Below are positions 39,779 through 48,971 of a stretch of DNA of 64,000 nucleotides, one piece after another. The translations under genes and the position numbers were made by a program. The notes under the pieces are model-generated. The model had not been told where the DNA came from. It did no database searches and saw only the letters and a program-made list of their open reading frames with translations. Position 1 is the stretch's first letter. Every line of letters begins with the position of its first letter. Source of the stretch: an uncultured bacterium (GTDB lineage: Bacteria > Fidelibacterota > Marinisomatia > Marinisomatales > UBA1611). The stretch lies in the NCBI GenBank assembly GCA_965660855.1, contig CBFIBM010000001.1:352798-416797 (forward strand), written 5' to 3'.

Positions 39779-40200
39779 TCAAGATCATATTTTATTTTAA
39801 TATTGAGATGTTCTTCAATCAGTTGAACTATTTCAACTTCACCACTCATTACCATACCATCTGCCTCAACGAGATCCGTTATTTTTCTACCAAGCAAGTT
39901 AATTTGTTCGGCATTTAATAATTCCTTTATTCTTTCTATTACCTCTACTACAAGTTCTTTTTTTTTGGTATTATTTTTTGAATTTAAAGAAAGCTGTGCT
40001 TCCGAGAAAAACGTATTAGCCCTCTTTTCAGAAAATTCAGGAAAAAGTTCGGTTACTAATTCTAACCATATATTTTTTTCTTCATTATCTATCTGACCAT
40101 CTGAAATTTGTATCGCAGTGCAAAGATAAGTAACAGATTCGATAGGAGACATTTCTGAAGGCACTTTTGGTGGTGCTTCTTTTTTGCTAAACCAACCCAT
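39772..40200 (-). CDS. TerB-like protein
   Basis: SDGQIDNEE and ADGMVMSGE paired motifs. Confidence 0.75.
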   Translation of the reverse strand: MGWFSKKEAPPKVPSEMSPIESVTYLCTAIQISDGQIDNEEKNIWLELVTELFPEFSEKRANTFFSEAQLSLNSKNNTKKKELVVEVIERIKELLNAEQINLLGRKITDLVEADGMVMSGEVEIVQLIEEHLNIKIKYDLEI

Positions 40201-40202
40201 AA

Positions 40203-40511
40203 TTATCTATCTTTCCATTCTTTTATTGTAAGTGTTTTCATACTCAGTGCATGAATTTCATGATTCATAAGTTCACCCATAGCGGCATATACTTTTTTAT
40301 GTCTTTTAATTAAAGATAGCTGTTTAAAATTATCCGATACTATAACGGCTTCTAAATGAAACCCACCATTATGTTGCTCATGATTTAAATGTCTACCGGT
40401 AAAATCTTTTACTTCAAAATGTTTTAAATCAAGTTGACTTTTTAGTCTTTTTTCCATTTCTATTTCAATTGGAGTTGATTTTTCATCTAAAGAATCAGAA
40501 GTTTGTTCCAT
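40203..40511 (-). CDS. bolA: BolA family protein
   Basis: HLNH..FHLEAVIVSDNFKQLSLIKRHKKVY..IHALS. Confidence 0.9.
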   Translation of the reverse strand: MEQTSDSLDEKSTPIEIEMEKRLKSQLDLKHFEVKDFTGRHLNHEQHNGGFHLEAVIVSDNFKQLSLIKRHKKVYAAMGELMNHEIHALSMKTLTIKEWKDR

Positions 40512-40887
40512 GACAGATCCTAAATTATTTAAGTTAACTAAACAAGATAAATTACATTACAGAAACCTTATAAAAAACATTGATCCTAAACATGAACAAT
40601 TAATAGTAAATGTTTTAAGAAAAAAAATACAGTTTATACTTGATTCTGGAAAACTCAATTCTATTGAAGTTGAATTAATTAACAGAATAGCGAAGCTTAA
40701 TTTTATTCTAAAAACAAATCATGATTTATCAAAGATTACTATCAAAAAGATTTTATTTGCAATGTCCTATGTAATTGATGAAGATGATGAGATTCCAGAT
40801 ATCATACCAAAGTATGGTTATTTAGATGATATATCTGTTGTTACTTGGATATTACAAGAGATTGAGAATGATGTATTAAAAATATGA
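40510..40887 (+). CDS. YkvA/DUF1232-like protein
   Basis: AMSYVIDEDDEIPDIIPKYGYLDD. Confidence 0.8.
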   Translation: MTDPKLFKLTKQDKLHYRNLIKNIDPKHEQLIVNVLRKKIQFILDSGKLNSIEVELINRIAKLNFILKTNHDLSKITIKKILFAMSYVIDEDDEIPDIIPKYGYLDDISVVTWILQEIENDVLKI

Positions 40888-40900
40888 GATATTTTTAGTG

Positions 40901-41116
40901 CTACTCTGAGGAGGAAGTAATATTATCTAAATCTTCCTCTGAAAATTGCCATTGGCATGGAGCACACCACCATGGTTTTCCAAAATATGTATCTTTATTT
41001 TCTACAAGTTCAAGTGCATCATTGCATCTAGGGCAATCTTTTTCAGTTCCTTGATCCGGCCAACTATAATCGGGTTTGTATTTATATCCTTCTTCAGATG
41101 TATGATGTTTATGCAT
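40901..41116 (-). CDS. Small putative zinc-ribbon protein
   Basis: CPRC...WWCAPCQWQF. Confidence 0.6.
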   Translation of the reverse strand: MHKHHTSEEGYKYKPDYSWPDQGTEKDCPRCNDALELVENKDTYFGKPWWCAPCQWQFSEEDLDNITSSSE

Positions 41117-41158
41117 ATGTAAAATTATAAATAATTTATGAAAAGAATAAGTAGTTAT

Positions 41159-41584
41159 TTAAAAAATTGAAAGAATAACATATAAAATTGCACCAATAAG
41201 AGAAAATCCTATATAATTTTGTATTTTTATTTCATTATGTAAGGTTTCTACTTGAGCGAGGTAATGATCATAAAATAAAAAAACCTCTAGTGTATCATTT
41301 TTAGAAACATAAACACGTTTAATTCCTTCTGTTAAATTATCTCTTACTTTTTCATGTTGGATGTCAGGCGGTATATAACTTACTTCATGAAATCCCGGTA
41401 AAACGGGTATAGGAGCGCTAAGTGGATGATTACCAACATAAAAACCATCAATAAAAAATGGAACATCTAAACTATCAGTTTTAATCTCTATAAATCCATA
41501 TGTTAATAAATCATCCTTCTCTTTGCTAAAGATTGGGTTGAATGAGTAAATAAGTAGAATAGTTAAATAAAGAACCCTGTTCAT
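41159..41584 (-). CDS. PEGA-like domain protein with C-terminal TM
   Basis: GFIEIKTD..FFIDGFYVGNHPL..VLPGFHEV; start moved to ATG 41584 to give a signal peptide. Confidence 0.65.
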   Translation of the reverse strand: MNRVLYLTILLIYSFNPIFSKEKDDLLTYGFIEIKTDSLDVPFFIDGFYVGNHPLSAPIPVLPGFHEVSYIPPDIQHEKVRDNLTEGIKRVYVSKNDTLEVFLFYDHYLAQVETLHNEIKIQNYIGFSLIGAILYVILSIF

Positions 41585-41637
41585 AAGAGACAAATTATTT
41601 TTATAAAACGAATAAAACAAATAACTAAATTTGTATT

Positions 41638-43395
41638 ATGAAACTCAGCAATATTACATATCTTAAAATAATCGTTCTTTTTTTCATACTACTTTTTAGT
41701 AGCTGCGCATATTTTAACACATTTTTTAACGCACAGGAATATTTTAAAGAAGCTGAAAAATTGAGATTAGAAAAAGAAGGGGAGAGGGTTCCTGTTGGTG
41801 CGATTGAAAAATATGGGAAAAGCATAAAAAAAAGTAAAAAAGTAATTGTTGATTTTCCTGATTCTAAATTTAAAAATAGTGCTATTCTATTAATGGCTAA
41901 ATCTCAATATTATCGAGAAGATTATGATTTATCTATTAATAACTTAAGAATAATATCAAAATCTGGAACAGATGAGCAAATAGAAGAAGCAAAATATTGG
42001 ATTGCATTATGTAAGTGGAAAAAAGGAAATATGCAAGCGGCGATTGATGAATTAACACTCCTTATTAATTCTGCAAAAATTGATGATATAAAATCAAAAG
42101 CATTTTTATCATTAGCTGATATATTTAAAGAATTAAAAAATCCTGAACAGTCAATTGAATATTTACAAAGCGCGATACAAATTACTAAAAGTAGAAATCA
42201 AAAAGGAATTATATCCAATAAACTTGCTGAGATGGCTTTTGAAAAAAATGATTTAAAATTAGCTTTAGAAGGTTATGAAAATGTAACAGCTTTCTCAATA
42301 TCAAAAAAAAATGTAGAGAATGCTCATCTACAAATATTAAAAATATATAGAGCTCAAAAAAAGTATAAACAAGCAACTCGAAAAATCAAATCTATGTTAA
42401 CAGATGATAAGTTCAATTCAATTTCAGGAAACTTAGAACTAGAATTGGTTCAGTTATATAGAGCTCAAGATGAAACATCAGAGATCGAGGCTAGGCTTGA
42501 ATCCATTGTGAATGATTACCAAAGAACCCTAGTTTCAGCTGAAGCTTATTTTCAACTAGGCCAAATATATTTAAAAGAAAAATGGAATTTATCAAAAGCT
42601 AAAGAATACTTTACCCAAGTAAGTAAAGAGTCCTCTAAATCGATTTATTCATCTGTGGCAAAAGGAAAAATTGATGCAATAACTCTTTATGAAAAAACAG
42701 AAATGGAAATTGAATCTAAACGTAAATTAATGGAAAAAAAGGAAGCCGATTCATCTATTGTCACATTAGACTCTTTAAATAAAGAGCTGAAGGGAGTCTC
42801 AATTGTTCCAATTAATAAGTCGTTTCCTGAATTATATTATCAATTAGCTGATTTAGAAGCATTTAAATTTGAAAGATATCATGAATCAATCGTTATTTTA
42901 AATAAAATAATAAATGATTTTTCAAATTCTGATTTTAAACCTAAAGCATTATTTGCATTATCTTTTGTATATAGAATGAACAAAGAGTTTGATAAGGCTG
43001 AAGAGGTTGAAACTATTTTAAGAAAAGAATTTTCTTCCACAGAATATGCATTTTATTTGGAAGATGAAAAAAAGATACATAAGAATGATGAATCCAAAGC
43101 CTATAATCTTGCAAAGAAGTTATTATTTGAAAATAATACTGAAGGTTTATTAGTATTAAAAAACCTGATCAAGAATTCGGAAAAGAGTGAAATTATTCTT
43201 TCATCTGCTTATTCTATTGCTTACTATTATGATAACATAGCTGAAATAGATAGCGCCTATAAATTTTACAGTTTCATTTATAATAGCTATCCTGAAACAG
43301 AACATTCTATCGAAGCAAAAAATAGACTTTTCGTTTTAGATGGAATACTATCTTTAATTAACCCTGATTCGTCAAAAACCGATTCAGATCAATAA
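41638..43395 (+). CDS. TPR lipoprotein, possibly SprE/PorW-like
   Basis: FSSC lipobox followed by AYFNTFFNA; multiple TPR-like repeats (AEAYFQLGQIY, PKALFAL). Confidence 0.75.
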   Translation: MKLSNITYLKIIVLFFILLFSSCAYFNTFFNAQEYFKEAEKLRLEKEGERVPVGAIEKYGKSIKKSKKVIVDFPDSKFKNSAILLMAKSQYYREDYDLSINNLRIISKSGTDEQIEEAKYWIALCKWKKGNMQAAIDELTLLINSAKIDDIKSKAFLSLADIFKELKNPEQSIEYLQSAIQITKSRNQKGIISNKLAEMAFEKNDLKLALEGYENVTAFSISKKNVENAHLQILKIYRAQKKYKQATRKIKSMLTDDKFNSISGNLELELVQLYRAQDETSEIEARLESIVNDYQRTLVSAEAYFQLGQIYLKEKWNLSKAKEYFTQVSKESSKSIYSSVAKGKIDAITLYEKTEMEIESKRKLMEKKEADSSIVTLDSLNKELKGVSIVPINKSFPELYYQLADLEAFKFERYHESIVILNKIINDFSNSDFKPKALFALSFVYRMNKEFDKAEEVETILRKEFSSTEYAFYLEDEKKIHKNDESKAYNLAKKLLFENNTEGLLVLKNLIKNSEKSEIILSSAYSIAYYYDNIAEIDSAYKFYSFIYNSYPETEHSIEAKNRLFVLDGILSLINPDSSKTDSDQ

Positions 43396-43397
43396 TC

Positions 43398-44456
43398 ATG
43401 AAAATCATTATTCTTTCATTAGTTTATAGGTTTGTAAGGTTTTTGGTAACCAAAGTACTTTATTTGATACAGAAATTTTTTTTCATGAAAAAGGATTTAG
43501 AGCCAGCAGTTAAATTTGGTGATAATTCGTTAGCACGGTTAAATATTTTATCGGGTACATTATATGAATTTGAAATTCCAAGTAATAATGTTATTGAAAT
43601 TTATGGTATGAAATTTCCTTCTCCTTTAATTGGTTCATCATTTAAATCTGATCCAAATATCCTAGATATATGGATGAAGATGGGCCTTGGAGGTTTGATT
43701 TTTAAAACTATAATGAGAAATAAACGGATTGGTAATCCATATCCGAGGTTACAAGACGCTTATTTTAATAAAAAATCTGGGTTATTTAATTCTTTAGGAC
43801 TTCCTGGGATGGGTGTTACAGATTTTTTAGAATATTTAAAAAATACGGAACTTTGGAAATATGAAAGACCACTTGGCATAAGTATAGGTGGTGATGATGA
43901 AAATGAATATTTATCAAATTTGTTGGAACTTGATCCATTTTTGAAAACAAATAATAAATCATATTTTTATGAATTAAATATTAGTTGTCCTAATACAAAA
44001 AATGGGAAGAGCCTTTGCCAAGATCCAAATACATTAGAAATTTTGTTGAAAAATATACGAAAAATTATTAACGCACCTATCTCAGTAAAAATTTCTCCAG
44101 ATATTTCAGATGCACTCATTAGAGACATAGCGGATTTGTGCAATAATCATGAAAAGATTATTATCAATGCAGGTAATACACAATATAAAGAACCTCATCA
44201 GGTAGGTATAAAGCAAAGTGATTTTTCCATGAGAGGGGGTGGATTATCAGGCTCACCTCTTTTTGAAAGAACATTGGAAATGGTAAAAATCTTAAGTGAA
44301 TTTAATATTCCCATTATTGCTACAGGAGGTATCTCTACAATTAAGCATTTAAGTATTCTTAAGAATTCTGGTGCATCTTTGTTTGGCATGGCATCATCAT
44401 TAGTAATAGATCCTTACTGTATTCCAAAAATTCACTCAGAGATACACAAACTATGA
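43398..44456 (+). CDS. pyrD: Dihydroorotate dehydrogenase
   Basis: KT..RIGNPYPRL, NSLGLPGMG, ELNISCPN, VKISPD, GGLSG, IIATGGI. Confidence 0.85.
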   Translation: MKIIILSLVYRFVRFLVTKVLYLIQKFFFMKKDLEPAVKFGDNSLARLNILSGTLYEFEIPSNNVIEIYGMKFPSPLIGSSFKSDPNILDIWMKMGLGGLIFKTIMRNKRIGNPYPRLQDAYFNKKSGLFNSLGLPGMGVTDFLEYLKNTELWKYERPLGISIGGDDENEYLSNLLELDPFLKTNNKSYFYELNISCPNTKNGKSLCQDPNTLEILLKNIRKIINAPISVKISPDISDALIRDIADLCNNHEKIIINAGNTQYKEPHQVGIKQSDFSMRGGGLSGSPLFERTLEMVKILSEFNIPIIATGGISTIKHLSILKNSGASLFGMASSLVIDPYCIPKIHSEIHKL

Positions 44457-44911
44457 TTACAATAGTCTTATTTGAACCTCAAATTCCTCCTAATACAGGA
44501 TCAACTGGAAGATTGTGCGGAGCAACAAATACAAGGCTTCATGTTGTAGGAAAATTAGGTTTTGAATTATCTGATAAAACTTTAAAAAGAGCGGGACTTG
44601 ATTATTGGGATCATATTAATTGGGAATATTTTCCTGATGTGAACAGTTATGTAGAAAATTTAATAAAAGAAAAAAAAATATTTCATTTACTTACAACAAA
44701 ATCAAATAAAAATTATACATCGGTTAAATTTAATGGAAATGATTATATTATTTTTGGTAGTGAGACCTCAGGAATAGACGAAAAAATATTAAGAGCATAT
44801 TGGGAAAGGACATGTACAATACCAATGGAAAATCAAAATATAAGAAGTCTAAATCTTGCAACAAGCGTTGGTATAGTTCTTTATGAAGCGTTGAGGCAGC
44901 TCGATGTTTAA
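44453..44911 (+). CDS. trmL: tRNA (cytidine34-2'-O)-methyltransferase
   Basis: PQIPPNTG, KRAGLDYW, FGSETSG, RSLNLA. Confidence 0.95.
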   Translation: MITIVLFEPQIPPNTGSTGRLCGATNTRLHVVGKLGFELSDKTLKRAGLDYWDHINWEYFPDVNSYVENLIKEKKIFHLLTTKSNKNYTSVKFNGNDYIIFGSETSGIDEKILRAYWERTCTIPMENQNIRSLNLATSVGIVLYEALRQLDV

Positions 44912-45422
44912 TCGTGCCTATCAAATAATTATTTATACTTTAATAACTTTATTTTTTATTTCCTGTACATCATCACCCAGATATGGAATTTCTTCAAATG
45001 AAAATAAACGCACAGATCGGAAAAAAAATAATAAATCAAATAAATTAATTAATCCCTCTAGTGTTAAAACAAAAGGTATTAAACATAGAAAGATAATGAA
45101 TGGAATTAGCTCATTTTATGCAGAAGATTTTCATGGCAAACTTACGGCAAATGGTGAAATTTATGACATGTATGGAGTGACAGCTGCTCACAAAACTCTA
45201 CCCTTGAATACTGTTTGTAGAGTAACAAATTTAGTAAATAAAAAATCTTTAATATTAAGAATTAATGATAGGGGACCATATATAAAGGGTCGTATTTTAG
45301 ATTGTTCCTATGGTGCCGCCAAAAAACTAGATTTTATAAATCAAGGTACTACAAAAGTGAAAATTGAAGTCATTGAATGGGGAGATGGAAAGTATATGCA
45401 ACATAGAAAGCTTCCAGAATGA
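44904..45422 (+). CDS. rlpA: Septal ring lytic transglycosylase RlpA family lipoprotein
   Basis: FISC lipobox; FHGKLTANGE, TAAHKTLP, RINDRGPY. Confidence 0.93.
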   Translation: MFNRAYQIIIYTLITLFFISCTSSPRYGISSNENKRTDRKKNNKSNKLINPSSVKTKGIKHRKIMNGISSFYAEDFHGKLTANGEIYDMYGVTAAHKTLPLNTVCRVTNLVNKKSLILRINDRGPYIKGRILDCSYGAAKKLDFINQGTTKVKIEVIEWGDGKYMQHRKLPE

Positions 45423-46306
45423 ATAAGTTATTTCTAATATATAATCCCCATGGAGGTTTAAAGAAAGGAAAGTATATTCTAAAAAAAATAAAACCACTTT
45501 TTGAAAAAGCAGAAAAAGAATTGACCATTTTAGAATCAGAATATTCTGGCCATGCGTATGATTATGCTAATACATTAAAATTTCAAGGATATGATGGACT
45601 CTGCGTTATCGGAGGTGATGGTACTATGCATGAAGTAATAAATGGGATGTTACGTAGAAAAGATAATGATAGAATACCAATTGGTTTGATTACTGGAGGC
45701 ACTGGAAATTCTTTCATGCATGATATGAAATGTGTTGATCCAGTTAAAGCTGCAAAAAAAATTATTGAAGGAAATATAAGAGCTATCGATGTCGCTAAAG
45801 TAATTGCAAATAAAAAAGTTTATTACTCATTTAATCTCATCGGATGGGGTGTACCTACAGATTCTAATTTTCTTGCTGAAAAGCTTAGATGGATGGGAGG
45901 ACTTCGATATAGTGTTTCAGCGATATTTGAAGTATTAAAAGGGAAAAAAAGAATTGCCAAACTTATGTTCGATGGAAAAGAAATCGAATCTGACTTTACC
46001 TTTATTATAGGTTGTAATACAATACACGTTGGTAAAGGAATGAAAATGGCGCCGAAAGCAATTGTTGATGATGGAAAGCTTGATTTAATCATTGTAAAAA
46101 AAGTAAACAGATTTAAATTACTATTACTTTTTCCAAAACTATTTAATGGAACTCATATTGAAAGTCCTCTTGTTGAATATATGCAAGTAAATAAATTTTC
46201 AATTATACCAAAAACAAAAAATGGTCTTAATATAGATGGCGAGATGAAGGGGTTTACGCCTGCACATGTTAAAATAAATGAGGAGAAGATTAATATCTTT
46301 AATTAA
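45419..46306 (+). CDS. Diacylglycerol/lipid kinase family protein
   Basis: NPHGG, GGDGTMHEVING, GGTGNS, DDGKLD, NIDGE. Confidence 0.92.
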   Translation: MNKLFLIYNPHGGLKKGKYILKKIKPLFEKAEKELTILESEYSGHAYDYANTLKFQGYDGLCVIGGDGTMHEVINGMLRRKDNDRIPIGLITGGTGNSFMHDMKCVDPVKAAKKIIEGNIRAIDVAKVIANKKVYYSFNLIGWGVPTDSNFLAEKLRWMGGLRYSVSAIFEVLKGKKRIAKLMFDGKEIESDFTFIIGCNTIHVGKGMKMAPKAIVDDGKLDLIIVKKVNRFKLLLLFPKLFNGTHIESPLVEYMQVNKFSIIPKTKNGLNIDGEMKGFTPAHVKINEEKINIFN

Positions 46307-46308
46307 AA

Positions 46309-47133
46309 ATGAATATTTTAAAAATGATGAAAGGAAGAAATCTAGTTAACTTAATTGGAATACCAGTATGGTTATTTTTAATCTATAAGGGAGAAATTTA
46401 CTACAGCATCTTTATGTTAATATGTATAGGATTAGCATTAGGTGAGTTTTATTCATTAATGCAAAGAAAAGGTGCTGAGCCATTGAGGATTTTAGGAATG
46501 GCATGTTCCGTATTTATTGCAGATTATTATTACGTACAACCAACAACTTCTTCCCATCAAGTAATGGGTGTGATTGTTCTGGTAGTTTTAATGGCATTTA
46601 TATGGGAATTATTTACACCTACATTAAACCCGGGTTTGAATTTATCAATTACATTTGCGGGAATTTTATATATACCTGTATTACTAGGTACAGCAATTGA
46701 TTTAAGACAATTTGACCATTTTATGGACACCAACCTTACTTTTGCTATTGTAATAGGAGTATGGTCGTGTGATTCATTTGCTTTTATTTTTGGTACAATG
46801 TTTGGAAAAAGAAAAATTTTACCTGAAATAAGCCCTAAAAAATCTTGGGTAGGTTCAATTTCTGGCTTAATAGGTTCTTTTATTATTTTTTACATATTTT
46901 ATTACTATGGCATTTTAGGTGATATATTCAATATTAAAGATTGTGTTATTTTAAGTATAATAGTAGGTTTTTTTGGTCAATTAGGAGATTTTACAGAATC
47001 AATGATAAAAAGAGATGTTGGCGTCAAAGATAGTGGAACACTGCTGGCAGGACATGGAGGCGTTTTAGATAGATTTGATTCATTAATTTTTGCTATGCCA
47101 TTTTCCTATCTTTACGTTCATTTTTTTATATAG
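46309..47133 (+). CDS. cdsA: Phosphatidate cytidylyltransferase
   Basis: ISPKKSWVG, GDFTESMIKRDVGVKDSG..GHGGVLDRFDS. Confidence 0.95.
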   Translation: MNILKMMKGRNLVNLIGIPVWLFLIYKGEIYYSIFMLICIGLALGEFYSLMQRKGAEPLRILGMACSVFIADYYYVQPTTSSHQVMGVIVLVVLMAFIWELFTPTLNPGLNLSITFAGILYIPVLLGTAIDLRQFDHFMDTNLTFAIVIGVWSCDSFAFIFGTMFGKRKILPEISPKKSWVGSISGLIGSFIIFYIFYYYGILGDIFNIKDCVILSIIVGFFGQLGDFTESMIKRDVGVKDSGTLLAGHGGVLDRFDSLIFAMPFSYLYVHFFI

Positions 47134-47154
47134 TATATAATATCAAATTCAAAC

Positions 47155-48969
47155 ATGATTCTTAAATCTATTTTAGCTACTGACTGCGGTAGTACTACTA
47201 CCAAGGCTATTCTTATTGAATTTATTGAAGGAGAATATCGTCTTACTTTCAGAGGTGAAGCTCCAACTACTGTTGAAGCTCCATTTGAAGATGTTACAAA
47301 AGGTGTTCTAAATGCAGTGATGGAAATTGAGGAACTTTCAGGCAAAAAAATAATTGATAAGAATAATATTATAACTCCTTCAAAAAATAATGAAGGAGTG
47401 GATATATATCTCTCTACTAGCTCTGCAGGTGGAGGGCTCCAAATGATGGTAGCTGGTGTTGTTAAGTCTATGTCAGGTGAAAGTGCGGAAAGAGCCGCTT
47501 TAGGCGCTGGATCAATAGTTATGGATGTTATGGCATCTAATGATGGGCGTCTAGCACATGAGAAAATTAAGCGTATAAGAGATCTTAGACCTGATATGAT
47601 TTTGCTTTCAGGTGGTATCGATGGAGGTACAGTCTCTCATGTAGTAGAATTAGCTGAAATTTTAGCAGCTGCAAATCCACAACCAAGGTTAGGTCAAAAT
47701 TATCAACTCCCCGTAATTTATGCTGGTAATAAAAAAGCTCAAGACCAAATTTCTAAAACTTTAAGTGAAAAAGTTGATTTAGATATTGTTGATAATATAA
47801 GGCCTGTTTTAGAAACTGAGAATCTAGAACCCTCCAGAGATAAAATTCATGATTTATTCATGGAACATGTAATGCAGCAAGCTCCTGGCTATAAGAAATT
47901 AACTTCTTGGACGGATGCCCCAATAATGCCAACTCCCGGTGCTGTTGGATCCTTAATTGAAATGATATCTGAGAAAGAAAAAATTTCCGTAGTTGGAGTT
48001 GATATAGGTGGGGCAACAACTGATATTTTTTCCGTATTTCAAAATAAGTTCAATAGAACAGTAAGTGCAAATTTAGGGATGAGTTATTCTATTTGTAATG
48101 TGCTTGCTGAATCAGGCCTTGAAAATGTCCTTCGCTGGGTTCCCTTTAACATAGATAAAAAGGAACTAACAAATAGAATTGGAAATAAAATGATTCGCCC
48201 AACTACCGTGCCACAATCCTTGGAAGAATTATTTATTGAACAAGCAATCGCAAGAGAGGCACTAAGATTATCATTTAAGCAGCATAAAGAATTTGCTGTT
48301 GGTTTAAAAGGGGTTCAGAAAGAGAGAACAATCTCAGATGCATTTGATCAAACAAATTCAGGTGAGTCACTTGTTAATATGATGGATTTAGATTTAATAG
48401 TTGGTTCAGGTGGTGTGCTTAGTCATGCTCCCAGACGTGAACAATCTGCCAAAATGTTAATTGACTCTTTTATGCCTGAAGGGATTACTCAATTAGCAGT
48501 TGATTCAATCTTTATGATGCCGCAACTTGGTGTTCTTGCAAATGTTGAGAAAGATAAATTAAAAGAAGAGGCTCGAAAAGCAGCTCTAGAAGTTTTTCAT
48601 AAAGATTGTTTAATTCGTTTAGGTACATGCTTAACTCCCGTAGGAAATGTTAAAAATGGTACTATTGTTTTAAAAGTAACTTTGACCCTTTTAAATGGTG
48701 AAAAAATTGAAAAAAGTCTAATGAAAAATCAACTATTTAGAATAAAATTAAACTATGAACCAATTAAAGCGAAGTTAGTACCTCATAAGAAAATGAATAT
48801 TGGTGCTGGAATGGGTGAACCTATTTCAACAACAATATATGGCGGGTTAGTGGGTATAATTTTAGATGGAAGAGAAAGACCCATTACTATTCCAAATAAT
48901 GCACAAGAAAGATTAAAATATCTAAAGGAATGGTCAGATGCTTTAGATGAATATCCAAATAAGGTATAA
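47155..48969 (+). CDS. GlmL/MutL (glutamate mutase L)-family ASKHA ATPase
   Basis: TDCGSTTTK, STSSAGGGL, SGGIDGG, MPTPGAV, DIGGATTD, RTVSANLGM, GSGGVLSHAP. Confidence 0.85.
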   Translation: MILKSILATDCGSTTTKAILIEFIEGEYRLTFRGEAPTTVEAPFEDVTKGVLNAVMEIEELSGKKIIDKNNIITPSKNNEGVDIYLSTSSAGGGLQMMVAGVVKSMSGESAERAALGAGSIVMDVMASNDGRLAHEKIKRIRDLRPDMILLSGGIDGGTVSHVVELAEILAAANPQPRLGQNYQLPVIYAGNKKAQDQISKTLSEKVDLDIVDNIRPVLETENLEPSRDKIHDLFMEHVMQQAPGYKKLTSWTDAPIMPTPGAVGSLIEMISEKEKISVVGVDIGGATTDIFSVFQNKFNRTVSANLGMSYSICNVLAESGLENVLRWVPFNIDKKELTNRIGNKMIRPTTVPQSLEELFIEQAIAREALRLSFKQHKEFAVGLKGVQKERTISDAFDQTNSGESLVNMMDLDLIVGSGGVLSHAPRREQSAKMLIDSFMPEGITQLAVDSIFMMPQLGVLANVEKDKLKEEARKAALEVFHKDCLIRLGTCLTPVGNVKNGTIVLKVTLTLLNGEKIEKSLMKNQLFRIKLNYEPIKAKLVPHKKMNIGAGMGEPISTTIYGGLVGIILDGRERPITIPNNAQERLKYLKEWSDALDEYPNKV

Positions 48970-48971
48970 TT

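Noticed and set aside
39772..40200. Tellurite-resistance (ter) operon
   Set aside because: Single TerB-like gene with no terC/terD/terZ
47155..48969. Glutamate fermentation pathway or mismatch-repair MutL
   Set aside because: No glutamate mutase S/E or methylaspartase genes in the window; motifs are ASKHA-type, not GHKL
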